A stretch of DNA of 64,000 bases from an uncultured Gammaproteobacteria bacterium (GTDB lineage Bacteria; Patescibacteriota; Microgenomatia; Daviesbacterales; UBA10151), in assembly GCA_964489875.1 (NCBI GenBank), contig CAZAZW010000001.1, positions 183,816 through 247,815 on the forward strand, in the 5' to 3' direction. The notes below the pieces were generated by a model. It was given only the letters and a program-made list of their open reading frames with translations. It was not told where the DNA came from and did not search any database. The translations under genes and the position numbers were made by a program. Shown here one piece after another: positions 26,394 to 34,904 of this stretch. Within the stretch, counting starts at the first letter, position 1, and the number at the start of each line of letters is the position of its first letter.

Positions 26394-26696
26394 ATGGCAG
26401 TTGAAAATGGAAGAGAGATTAGTTCGATCACAGAAGCTATGATCTTGGTAAAACGAGCAAAAAGAGGCGAAGAGGTTCTATCAATTTTCCCATGCGTTCA
26501 GGTTGATGACAAGGATAAAGAAATAAAATGTCCTAAGTTAGATCCAACACTTGATACTCTTTGCAAACATCCTGATGGTTTACTTTCAACAGGTAGAATC
26601 GTAGAGTGTCCTTTACAAAACGGGGTATTGGTTGATACACGCCAAGAACCCATGATAAACTCAGATGCAACATTAGTAGCAAGTTTGCGGAGATAA
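26394..26696 (+). CDS. Hypothetical small protein (100 aa, four Cys)
   Basis: ORF 26385..26696. ATG at 26394 sits 8 nt after the SD AAAGGAGGTG. No recognised motif. Confidence 0.55.
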   Translation: MAVENGREISSITEAMILVKRAKRGEEVLSIFPCVQVDDKDKEIKCPKLDPTLDTLCKHPDGLLSTGRIVECPLQNGVLVDTRQEPMINSDATLVASLRR

Positions 26697-26710
26697 TAGA
26701 GAACCAAAGA

Positions 26711-27433
26711 ATGAAGACTAAACCTTTATACCTTGACGATTCATATCTTAAAGAAATGGATGCGGAGGTTTTGGAAGTTTTGCCGGAAGGTGGAAACCAA
26801 TACCGGATGATTTTGGATCAAACGGTTTTTTATCCGATGGGCGGCGGCCAGGCTACTGATCAAGGAGAGCTAAAAGGAGATAATTGGTCAGGAGAAGTTT
26901 ACCAAGTTATAAACAGAGACGGAGAAATTTGGCATTTTGTAAAGGCAAGTACTGCTCCTATAATTGGAATTAAGGTACATGGCAGCATTAACTGGGATAG
27001 GAGATATAAAAATATGAAACTTCATTCAGCGGGTCACATTATAGATTTTGCCATGTATTTACTTGGGCTTTCCCCTAAAACCTTAGTACCGATGAAAGCG
27101 GACCATAATAAAAATCCCCACATTATTTACCAAGGCACTCTGGAAGAAGATATTAAACAAGAATTAAAAGACAAAGTTAATGAATTAGTTGCTAAAAACC
27201 TAAAACTTACTTGGTATTTTCAACCCTTAGAGGATTTACAAAAAGAAGCTATCTATCTCATCCCGGGTTTACCGACGAATAAGCCACTCCGTACTTTGAA
27301 ACTTGAAGGTGTAGGTGCAGTAGCAGATGGTGGGACTCAAGTTAAAACTACTAGTGAGGTTGGGAAAATAAACATTGACTCAATTGAAAAAGAAAACGGA
27401 CTAACAATTGTTAGATATTCCATCCTCAGTTGA
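26711..27433 (+). CDS. alaX: AlaX-type alanyl-tRNA editing protein (Thr/Ala-tRNA synthetase SAD family)
   Basis: 240 aa with HSAGHIIDFAM (HxxxH). The position of the CGGTHV motif reads ADGGTQV. Confidence 0.7.
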   Translation: MKTKPLYLDDSYLKEMDAEVLEVLPEGGNQYRMILDQTVFYPMGGGQATDQGELKGDNWSGEVYQVINRDGEIWHFVKASTAPIIGIKVHGSINWDRRYKNMKLHSAGHIIDFAMYLLGLSPKTLVPMKADHNKNPHIIYQGTLEEDIKQELKDKVNELVAKNLKLTWYFQPLEDLQKEAIYLIPGLPTNKPLRTLKLEGVGAVADGGTQVKTTSEVGKINIDSIEKENGLTIVRYSILS

Positions 27434-27458
27434 CAAATAGGTAGACTACAGTTAATAT
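27430..27458 (+). promoter_or_regulatory. Candidate promoter of leader cassette B
   Basis: TTGACA (27430-27435), a 17-nt spacer, then TAATAT (27453-27458). The leader ORF ATG at 27468 lies about at the expected TSS. Confidence 0.5.
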
Positions 27459-27467
27459 ATTAAGGTC

Positions 27468-27572
27468 ATGTCAAAAATGATCGCTATTGATTTACAAAGA
27501 GTAGAAAGTTTAGTCGTCCTCCTTATAGTGCTCCTTACCGGAGCATTCTTGGGAGGCCTTTTTAGATTTTAA
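27468..27572 (+). CDS. Candidate Leu/Val/Ile-rich leader peptide or small TM peptide (34 aa)
   Basis: Not in the ORF track. It reads MSKMIAIDLQRVESLVVLLIVLLTGAFLGGLFRF*. The branched-chain codon run overlaps hairpin segments. Confidence 0.35.
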   Translation: MSKMIAIDLQRVESLVVLLIVLLTGAFLGGLFRF

Positions 27573-27599
27573 TTAGAATCTAAAAAGAAAGGAAACTAA

Positions 27600-27624
27600 A
27601 GCCTCCCAAACGGGAGGTTTTTTT
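27600..27624 (+). terminator. Attenuator-type intrinsic terminator B (paralog of A)
   Basis: AGCCTCCC, AAAC, GGGAGG, then T7 (27618-27624). It ends 18 nt before the SD AAAGGAGGT. An upstream GGGAGGC (27551-27557) can pair with GCCTCCC (27601-27607). Confidence 0.6.
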
Positions 27625-27657
27625 GTGGAAAAAAATATGAAAGGAGGTAAATAAATA

Positions 27658-27897
27658 ATGGCAAGATTAGAAGGCGAACCAACTCATTCAAGAATATTTC
27701 GTAACGGCGAGAATGGTGTTTTACAAGCTAGGGGTTTTGGTGGAGTAGATCCAGATAATTGGAGGTTTAATCCTGACACACAAAATTATGATTATATAGG
27801 AGAACCTGATGAAATTGATCCTACTTCTGTTTTACCAGAACAACCCATGGACCAAAAGGTACCAGTAATCAAAGACGTTCCTCAAATAAGACAATAA
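27658..27897 (+). CDS. Hypothetical small acidic protein (79 aa)
   Basis: The ORF follows the SD GGAGG at 27643-27647. No recognised motif. Confidence 0.5.
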   Translation: MARLEGEPTHSRIFRNGENGVLQARGFGGVDPDNWRFNPDTQNYDYIGEPDEIDPTSVLPEQPMDQKVPVIKDVPQIRQ

Positions 27898-27908
27898 AGT
27901 TTTATCTT

Positions 27909-29486
27909 TTAACCGACCTTTATATCCCTAACTTTTAACTGTAGCTTATTGTTACCATTATAGTTATCAAGTTCCAGATTATATGCTAGGTCTATGATTT
28001 GGCCGGATTGCAACATACCTGCCCACTCGCCCATTCCAAAAGCAATAAAATCCAAGCCTTCTACTTTACCCTTCAAATGCTTACCTTCACCTACTGTTCT
28101 TAAATCCGAAGCTCTCATGCTTTTGGTAGCAAAAATAGGTTTTCTATTATCCAATCCGAAAGGTTCAAATTTTTGAAGTTCATCTATTAAACTTTTAGTC
28201 AAATGTTTGCCGATTACTTCAGCATCTATCTCCAAAACTCTTTCTTCCTCCGGTAAAATTATCTTCTGTTTTTCTAACCTTTTTTTAAAAATTTCTATGT
28301 GTTTGTTATAAAGGGAAAAACCTGCCGCACCGGGATGACCCCCTACATCAATTAAAATATCAACATGCTCTCTGATTAGCTCCACAATATTTATCCCGTC
28401 TATGGAACGGGCTGAGCCTTTGGAAATTTCTTCACCTATGGATATGGCTACTGTCGGACGATTATATCCTTCCGAAATTTTACCCGCCACCAAACCAATA
28501 ATGCCGGCAGACCAATCTTTGCTGGCTAAAACGTGAATCTTCTGCCCTTCATCAACCAACAATTTAGCTTGCTCAAATGCTTCTGTTGTCATCTTCTGAC
28601 GACTGGCATTGGTTTCACATAAAAGCTGGGCTAATTTCTTTGCCTTAAGTGGATCTTTGGTACAAAGAAGCCGCAGACTATCTATGGCATGCTCTAATCT
28701 GCCCATGGCATTTAACCGGGGTCCTATCATATAGCCTATTTCAAAAGAACCAATATCTTTTGGGCTGATACCACATTCATTAACTAATGCCAGTAACCCC
28801 AGATTAGTAGTCTTGTTCAGAATCTGCAATCCTTCAAAAACAAATGCCCGGCCCAAACCAACAAGAGGAAGAAGATCACAAACTGTAGCAATTGCTGCAA
28901 ATTGCAAGAGTTCCATTACTAACTCTTTTTTAACTAAGTCTTTAATTAAACACCAGGCTACTGCTGCCCCGCACATTTTAGTGGAATGCACTATCTCAAA
29001 AGCATCCGGTTTTTCCTTTCCCGGAACATGGTGATCTGTAATAATGAGATCTAAACCGATTTCTCTGGCAAATTTTGCTTGCTTCACTGCCACAATTCCA
29101 TTGTCCACAGTAATAACAAGCGAAGCTCCGCTGTCCCTCGCAAATTCCAATCCCAACTTTGATAATCCATAACCTTCCTTTTCTCGATGAGGAATGTAAG
29201 GCAAAACTTTTGCACCAATTGAGGTCAGGGCTTTATACAAAATCGCACTGGAGCAAATTCCATCAACATCATAATCACCAAAAACAATTATTAACTCGTC
29301 TTTTTCTATAGCTTGCAGAATCCTTTTAGTAGCCTTGGGAATCCCCGGAATTTTTAGGTCACTATCAAAATCTTTTATTGTGGGGTGGAAAAATTGTTCC
29401 TTGTCTTTAGCTGTTTTTATACCGCGGTTTATTAGTAATTGCTCAACCAAATCATCAGATTTTTTGGGGAGTATTTTCCATTTCAT
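27909..29486 (-). CDS. recJ: Single-stranded-DNA-specific exonuclease RecJ
   Basis: 525 aa with DHH-family motifs GDYDVDG, TVDNG and ITDHH, and DHHA1 GGHPGAAG. Confidence 0.9.
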   Translation of the reverse strand: MKWKILPKKSDDLVEQLLINRGIKTAKDKEQFFHPTIKDFDSDLKIPGIPKATKRILQAIEKDELIIVFGDYDVDGICSSAILYKALTSIGAKVLPYIPHREKEGYGLSKLGLEFARDSGASLVITVDNGIVAVKQAKFAREIGLDLIITDHHVPGKEKPDAFEIVHSTKMCGAAVAWCLIKDLVKKELVMELLQFAAIATVCDLLPLVGLGRAFVFEGLQILNKTTNLGLLALVNECGISPKDIGSFEIGYMIGPRLNAMGRLEHAIDSLRLLCTKDPLKAKKLAQLLCETNASRQKMTTEAFEQAKLLVDEGQKIHVLASKDWSAGIIGLVAGKISEGYNRPTVAISIGEEISKGSARSIDGINIVELIREHVDILIDVGGHPGAAGFSLYNKHIEIFKKRLEKQKIILPEEERVLEIDAEVIGKHLTKSLIDELQKFEPFGLDNRKPIFATKSMRASDLRTVGEGKHLKGKVEGLDFIAFGMGEWAGMLQSGQIIDLAYNLELDNYNGNNKLQLKVRDIKVG

Positions 29487-29531
29487 GCAAGCTGCATTGT
29501 ATCATAACCCACTAACAGGTAAAATTACATC

Positions 29532-30866
29532 ATGCACTACGCACTACCTAAAGAGGTAAAAAATATTTTTGACAAATTTGAGAAAAATAATTTCCAAATC
29601 TATATTGTGGGAGGGGCGGTCCGTGACCTGTTGATGAAAAAGCCGATCTCTGACTGGGATTTTACCACTGATGCATCTCCAGAGAAGATTCTTAAGTTAT
29701 TACCGGAAGGATTTTATGACAACAAATTTGGAACAGTGGGAATTTCCTCTGACTTAGGTATTTTAGAAATCACCACCATGAGGAAAGAGGGTTTATACAA
29801 AGATTTCCGCCATCCCACGAAAGTTGGTTGGACTAATAAAATTGAAGAAGATTTAGCAAGAAGGGATTTTACTGTCAATGCTCTTGCCTTATCTCCTACC
29901 GATGACATAGTAGATCCATTCCATGGCCAAGACGACATCAAAAACAAAATTATCAAGGCCGTGGGAGACCCAAATCAAAGATTCAAAGAAGACGCTCTCA
30001 GATTGATAAGAGCTATCAGAATAGCAACAGAATTGGAATTTGAAATAGACCCTGAAACTGCTCAAGCCATTAAAGAAAATGCTCATCTTATAAAAGAAGT
30101 TGCCAATGAGCGAATACGCGATGAATTATTTAAACTCCTTCAATCAGATAGTCCCTACACAGGAATTATAAAACTTAGGGAAACAGGATTAATGCAAATT
30201 ATCCTGCCTGAGCTGGAGAGCTGTTTCGGCATAGTTCAGGAAGGACCAAAACATGACCGGATCTACGATATCGGAGAACATTCTTTACTTGCATTAAAAC
30301 ACACCCCGTCTAACGATCCCTTAGTGAGATTTGCCGCACTTTTGCATGACATCGGTAAAGTTAATACTGTTAAAACTGCACCGGATGGAAATGTCACTTT
30401 TTATAACCACGATCTGGTTGGCGGAAATTTAATTTTAAAAATCGCCAGAAGATTTAATTTATCAAAAAAACAAAAAGATAAACTATACCGTCTGGTCAGA
30501 TGGCACTTATTTACGGTTGACGAACGACAGACCGATTCAGCTATTAGACGTTTTATTAAAAATGTGGGGCTGGAAAATATTGATGATATGACGGCACTTC
30601 GAATCGGCGACCGGTTGGGCGGCGGGACACAAAAAGCAGTTTCCTGGAGGATGGAAAAATTCGAAGAAAGAATAAAGCAAGTCCTTAAAAAACCATTTTC
30701 AATTTCTGATTTAAAAGTAAACGGTAAGGATGTAATGAAAACTTTAAACATTAAATCCGGCCCGAAAGTTGGTGAAATTTTAAGTAAACTTTTTGAAGAA
30801 GTATTAGAGGATCCATCAAAAAACAAGAAAGAAACTCTCTTAGAAAAAATCAAACAGCTGACTTAA
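29532..30866 (+). CDS. cca: CCA-adding tRNA nucleotidyltransferase with HD domain
   Basis: 444 aa with a polymerase-beta head (GGAVRDLL, DWDF) and an HD domain (LLHDIGK). Confidence 0.85.
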   Translation: MHYALPKEVKNIFDKFEKNNFQIYIVGGAVRDLLMKKPISDWDFTTDASPEKILKLLPEGFYDNKFGTVGISSDLGILEITTMRKEGLYKDFRHPTKVGWTNKIEEDLARRDFTVNALALSPTDDIVDPFHGQDDIKNKIIKAVGDPNQRFKEDALRLIRAIRIATELEFEIDPETAQAIKENAHLIKEVANERIRDELFKLLQSDSPYTGIIKLRETGLMQIILPELESCFGIVQEGPKHDRIYDIGEHSLLALKHTPSNDPLVRFAALLHDIGKVNTVKTAPDGNVTFYNHDLVGGNLILKIARRFNLSKKQKDKLYRLVRWHLFTVDERQTDSAIRRFIKNVGLENIDDMTALRIGDRLGGGTQKAVSWRMEKFEERIKQVLKKPFSISDLKVNGKDVMKTLNIKSGPKVGEILSKLFEEVLEDPSKNKKETLLEKIKQLT

Positions 30867-31750
30867 TGGCCTAATTTTTCCTCCCACCAAACGAGCAAAG
30901 CTGTTGCATTAAAGATGGAAGAGTAGGTACCGGAGATTATGCCCACCAAAAGCGCCACCACAAACCACCTCAAGGTCTCACCCCCAAACAAAAACAGAGC
31001 CAGTAATACAAAAACTACTGTTAAAGAGGTATTTAAAGATCTTCCCAGAGTTTGAATTACAGATAGATTAGTCACATCAATGAATTTTCTCCCCAAGTGT
31101 TTGCTTAAATTTTCCCTGATTCTATCAAAAACCACAATCGTATCATGCACAGAGAAACCAATAACTGTCAGGAGAGCTGTTACAAAAAGCGTATCAATCT
31201 CAACCCTTAGAAACTTTCCCAATATTGCAAACACTCCCACAACCACTAAAATATCATGAATTAGCGCCAAAACTGCGGTAACACCAAATCTCCAAGATGA
31301 TGCCGGTTTAGGTATCTTCCTAAAAGAAAAAGCAATATATAAAACTATTATTACCGATGCCAGCAATACTGCAATAATTGCTTTTTGTCTAAGCTCTGAT
31401 CCGATAACCGGTCCGACGAATTCTACCCTTCTCTCAGTCACCTCACCAAACTTTTCTTTAAGATAAGATTTGAGATTGTTTAATTTTTCCTGTTCAACAG
31501 GCTTAGTCCTAATAATGTAAGTATTGTTTTCAGAAAAGGTTGTTTGACCTATCTCAATCCCTTGTGAAGAGATCTGTTTATTTAGTTCATCTACATTTAT
31601 TTTTTTTTCAAAGCTATATTCAAGTAAAGCTCCTCCGGTAAAATCTATTCCGAGTCTAAGTCCCGAGGTAAGTAGATAATATAACCCCGGTAAAATAATC
31701 AGCAAGGAGAAAACAAAATACCAAGTTTTATATTTCATCAGGTTATTCAT
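30863..31750 (-). CDS. secF: Protein translocase subunit SecF
   Basis: 295 aa with GIDFTGGALLEY and six TM helices. Confidence 0.9.
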   Translation of the reverse strand: MNNLMKYKTWYFVFSLLIILPGLYYLLTSGLRLGIDFTGGALLEYSFEKKINVDELNKQISSQGIEIGQTTFSENNTYIIRTKPVEQEKLNNLKSYLKEKFGEVTERRVEFVGPVIGSELRQKAIIAVLLASVIIVLYIAFSFRKIPKPASSWRFGVTAVLALIHDILVVVGVFAILGKFLRVEIDTLFVTALLTVIGFSVHDTIVVFDRIRENLSKHLGRKFIDVTNLSVIQTLGRSLNTSLTVVFVLLALFLFGGETLRWFVVALLVGIISGTYSSIFNATALLVWWEEKLGH

Positions 31751-32073
31751 TTATCCTTCGCCTCCTTTAAATCTTCATGCAACTCGTTTTTCAAATCCCC
31801 AGCAGCTTTTTTAATTCTCTCTTCAATCTTATCAACTTTCTCATTTAAAAATTTCCAGATTTTACTGTGATCGCCTTCCTTTAAGTGATTTAAAAAGACT
31901 CTTTTATCCGAAGGTGTCAGTTCTGATAATACAGCATCCAAAATTGTGTGGTGCAAGCTAGAATCAATTAGACCTGTCAGATGGATCTTCTGCTCCTCTG
32001 ATAAATCCAGCTTATCCAGCTCTATGATAATCGACTCTATCTCAATTAGATGGGTGTAGAATTGTTGTTTCAC
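31747..32073 (-). CDS. Hypothetical helical cytoplasmic protein encoded between secD and secF
   Basis: 108 aa, charged and helical, with no TM helix. It has 4-nt ATGA-type overlaps with both neighbours. Confidence 0.55.
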   Translation of the reverse strand: MKQQFYTHLIEIESIIIELDKLDLSEEQKIHLTGLIDSSLHHTILDAVLSELTPSDKRVFLNHLKEGDHSKIWKFLNEKVDKIEERIKKAAGDLKNELHEDLKEAKDK

Positions 32074-32939
32074 GCTTCCTCCTTAACTTTAACCGGACCC
32101 AGTGGAACTTCATCTTCCAGGTCATCAATAAAAAAGTATAACACCGGGCCTTTTCTGGAACCGGTTGCGAGCCCCAATGCATCCATAACTTCAGGTGATC
32201 CTCCCAAATGTTTGCCGGTCCAGTCGGCAGGACCAGCGTCGCCAATAACTGCCACAATCGCCTGGCCGGTTTTGGGATTAACAACCAACATTTTTCTGAA
32301 TTTAAAAAAATCCCTATATTTCCCAAAGTTCTCTGCAAAACCAGGAGCTAAAAATGTCTGAATCGCCAAATAATAACGTTCCCTACTTTTGTCAACTTCG
32401 CTAAACTCTTGTTTAGAAGACGAGAAATATCCCCAGGCGCCTAAGCCCGGCGCGATTCCGGCTCCACCATAGTTTGCAAAATCAGAAGCAGAATCTGCAT
32501 GAGCGTATAAATTATCACCCGGGTAACGATACAAATGTTGCTCCCCTCCAATTAAACCATAATTTCTGTTAAGCCGGATGTTATCCATTTCTGCTGTTAT
32601 TCTAAAACCAAAATTACTGGATAAGATATCAACTATATCCTTTTCCTCCTCTGGATCTAAGGGCCTTATCTCTTTGGGTATCTTATTAGATAAGATTTCT
32701 GCAAGCAATACATTCTGATCATAACCCTTCAAGATCCCTTCGCTACTGACAATTAAGTTAGGAGTGGGCAGTTGTTTGTGAGGAGCAGACAATAACATTA
32801 ATCCTCCCAAAGACCCCACGGCTAAGTGTTTTAGAGACTGCCCATGTTTTTCCCAGAATTTATTTTGGATCGCGCCATGGCGAGAAATCCATTTTTTTCT
32901 TAAATACTCGTAATGCGGTGTCTTGGATGCAAACTTCAT
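32070..32939 (-). CDS. Membrane-anchored protein with a possible RlpA-like double-psi beta-barrel C-terminus, encoded between secD and secF
   Basis: 289 aa with the TM helix LAVGSLGGLMLLSAP. The C-terminal VVNPKTGQAIVAVIGDAGPADWTGKHLGGSPEVMDALG resembles the DPBB/RlpA pattern (V.N..G.S..V.V.DRGP...R.IDLS..A...L). The domain call has low confidence. Confidence 0.5.
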   Translation of the reverse strand: MKFASKTPHYEYLRKKWISRHGAIQNKFWEKHGQSLKHLAVGSLGGLMLLSAPHKQLPTPNLIVSSEGILKGYDQNVLLAEILSNKIPKEIRPLDPEEEKDIVDILSSNFGFRITAEMDNIRLNRNYGLIGGEQHLYRYPGDNLYAHADSASDFANYGGAGIAPGLGAWGYFSSSKQEFSEVDKSRERYYLAIQTFLAPGFAENFGKYRDFFKFRKMLVVNPKTGQAIVAVIGDAGPADWTGKHLGGSPEVMDALGLATGSRKGPVLYFFIDDLEDEVPLGPVKVKEEA

Positions 32940-32940
32940 A

Positions 32941-34260
32941 TTATTTCTCGCGTATCAGGAATCTAAGTAATGTCCTTGTTACCACATAACTTGTAAACAT
33001 AGAAACCATTACCCCAATTGCTAAAGTAACAGCAAATCCTCGAATTAAAGATGTCCCCATCCCATAAAGGATCGCTGCAGTAATAAGAGAAGAAACATTT
33101 GAAGCCCAGATTGAAGACCAGGCTCTTTTAAATCCTAAATCCAGTGCAAAAACTTTACTTTTCCCCCAACGAATTTCTTCTTTCATTCTTTCAAAAATCA
33201 AAATGTTGGCATCAACTGCCATACCAATTGATAAAATAAATCCGGCAATTCCTGCCAGAGTTAGCGTCACAGGAGGTAAAATAAAAAGACCGGTCTTAAA
33301 AATTGCTAATACTAACAGGGTATAAATAACCAAAGCTAAATCTGCAATTAACCCTAAAATGCCGTAATATGCTGCCATATATACAGCCACTATAGTAAGT
33401 CCTATTATGCCGGCTACTAAACTTTTATTTACAGATTCTTGACCTAAGGTTGGCCCGATAGATCTTTGTTCAATAATTTTAATCGGCACCGGCAATGCTC
33501 CGGCATTAAGTTGTATACTCAAATTCTTTGCTTCCTCAGTTGTAAATTGTCCGGTAATCACGGCATTGCCGCCCACAATCTCCTGTTGAACCACAGGCGG
33601 AGGCCAACTAATCGGTACTCCATCCAAAAACATGCCTAAAGGTTTATTGACATTCCTTTTAGTAATTTCAGCAAATTTCTCTGCTCCCTCGCCGGTAAAC
33701 TCAATTGTAACCTGTGGCCCTGACCTCCCCCCTTGGGCCGAGCCAAAAGTTACTTGGGCTTTTTTTAAATCAGCACCGGTCAACCCTGTTGGCTTAAAAG
33801 TGTCAAGTAAAGAAGCTGCAGATTCTGTTGCCTCAGCCGATGGAGTTCCCACCATTTCCCTAAATTCCAATTGAGCAGTTTTACCAACCAGATTAGCTGC
33901 ATCTGAGGCATTTTTCAGCCCAGGCAGCTCAATCAATATTCTTCTTTGATTGCCGATTTTAGAAGATTGTACCAGCGCCTCGGAAACTCCGTATAGATTA
34001 ACTCTTTTTTCTAAAACTTGTTTTGCTGACTCCAAAGCACTGTCCCTATTTTCTGGATCAATCTTCTCCATCTGAGTCTCAAGAATTAACTGGGTGCCTC
34101 CTTGTAAATCAAGTCCCAACTTTAAAGGAAAGAGGCCGAAAACATCTACCCTTTTGCCGAGGATTCTTAAAGCAGGCATTTGTTTGAATGAGGGAATATC
34201 AACCCAGACTGCCAGGATTGTTAAAAACAAAATTATCCATAAAACTACTCGCGGCCGCAT
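32941..34260 (-). CDS. secD: Protein translocase subunit SecD
   Basis: 439 aa with LGLDLQGGTQLILE, a periplasmic domain and six C-terminal TM helices. Confidence 0.9.
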   Translation of the reverse strand: MRPRVVLWIILFLTILAVWVDIPSFKQMPALRILGKRVDVFGLFPLKLGLDLQGGTQLILETQMEKIDPENRDSALESAKQVLEKRVNLYGVSEALVQSSKIGNQRRILIELPGLKNASDAANLVGKTAQLEFREMVGTPSAEATESAASLLDTFKPTGLTGADLKKAQVTFGSAQGGRSGPQVTIEFTGEGAEKFAEITKRNVNKPLGMFLDGVPISWPPPVVQQEIVGGNAVITGQFTTEEAKNLSIQLNAGALPVPIKIIEQRSIGPTLGQESVNKSLVAGIIGLTIVAVYMAAYYGILGLIADLALVIYTLLVLAIFKTGLFILPPVTLTLAGIAGFILSIGMAVDANILIFERMKEEIRWGKSKVFALDLGFKRAWSSIWASNVSSLITAAILYGMGTSLIRGFAVTLAIGVMVSMFTSYVVTRTLLRFLIREK

Positions 34261-34274
34261 TAAAAGATTATACC

Positions 34275-34865
34275 TTAAACCATGACTCCTTCCAAAAGCT
34301 CATCTTCATCCCCAATCAACATCACTTTTGGTTGGATTAATACCCGTAAGATAAATGGATCTCTTCTTTTAACTCTAAACTTAAACTCCGCTTCATCCAT
34401 AAATGAATAGTTAATTTCTACCTCCCGTTTGGCCTGCTCATCGGAGATAATTGCTTGTAGCTCCGGCAGAACGATACTACCTACCACCAAAATATCAACG
34501 TCATCTGTGGCTGAAACCTTACCTTTTAAAAATTTTGTGGAGATAAAAGCAAACTTTACTTTACCGAGCTTTTGTTTATCTTTAATTATATTTCCTCCTA
34601 TCCCGGTAGTTTTGGCAACTAAAGATAGAAGTTCCTTATGGAAAACATAATCCCTTCTAAACCTATACAATCTTCTATTGGCCCGCCATTCAGAAGAAAC
34701 CATGCCAAACTTTTCCATCCTGGCCAACTCACGTCTAACTGCATTAATCTCTTCAGATACTCGTCTTACTATCTCACGAACATGGAAAAGCGTATCGAAA
34801 GAAGCAGATAAAAAAAGTTGTAGTACTTTTACCCGGACTCTTGAGACAAAAAGTTCCTCAAGCAT
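34275..34865 (-). CDS. Winged-helix (ArsR-like) transcriptional regulator with an uncharacterised C-terminal domain
   Basis: 196 aa. The N-terminal RVRVKVLQLFL...FHVREIVRRVSEEINAVRRELARMEKFGMV is a wHTH pattern. Confidence 0.6.
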   Translation of the reverse strand: MLEELFVSRVRVKVLQLFLSASFDTLFHVREIVRRVSEEINAVRRELARMEKFGMVSSEWRANRRLYRFRRDYVFHKELLSLVAKTTGIGGNIIKDKQKLGKVKFAFISTKFLKGKVSATDDVDILVVGSIVLPELQAIISDEQAKREVEINYSFMDEAEFKFRVKRRDPFILRVLIQPKVMLIGDEDELLEGVMV

Positions 34866-34904
34866 AATATTTTAACACCACCTTTCTGAGCAGTGGAGTA
34901 TACG

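Noticed and set aside
32042-32361. Two about 100-aa ORFs (one per strand) overlapping the secD-secF insert genes.
   Set aside because: They overlap the longer, translationally coupled ORFs 31747..32073 and 32070..32939, and they lack start-site context.
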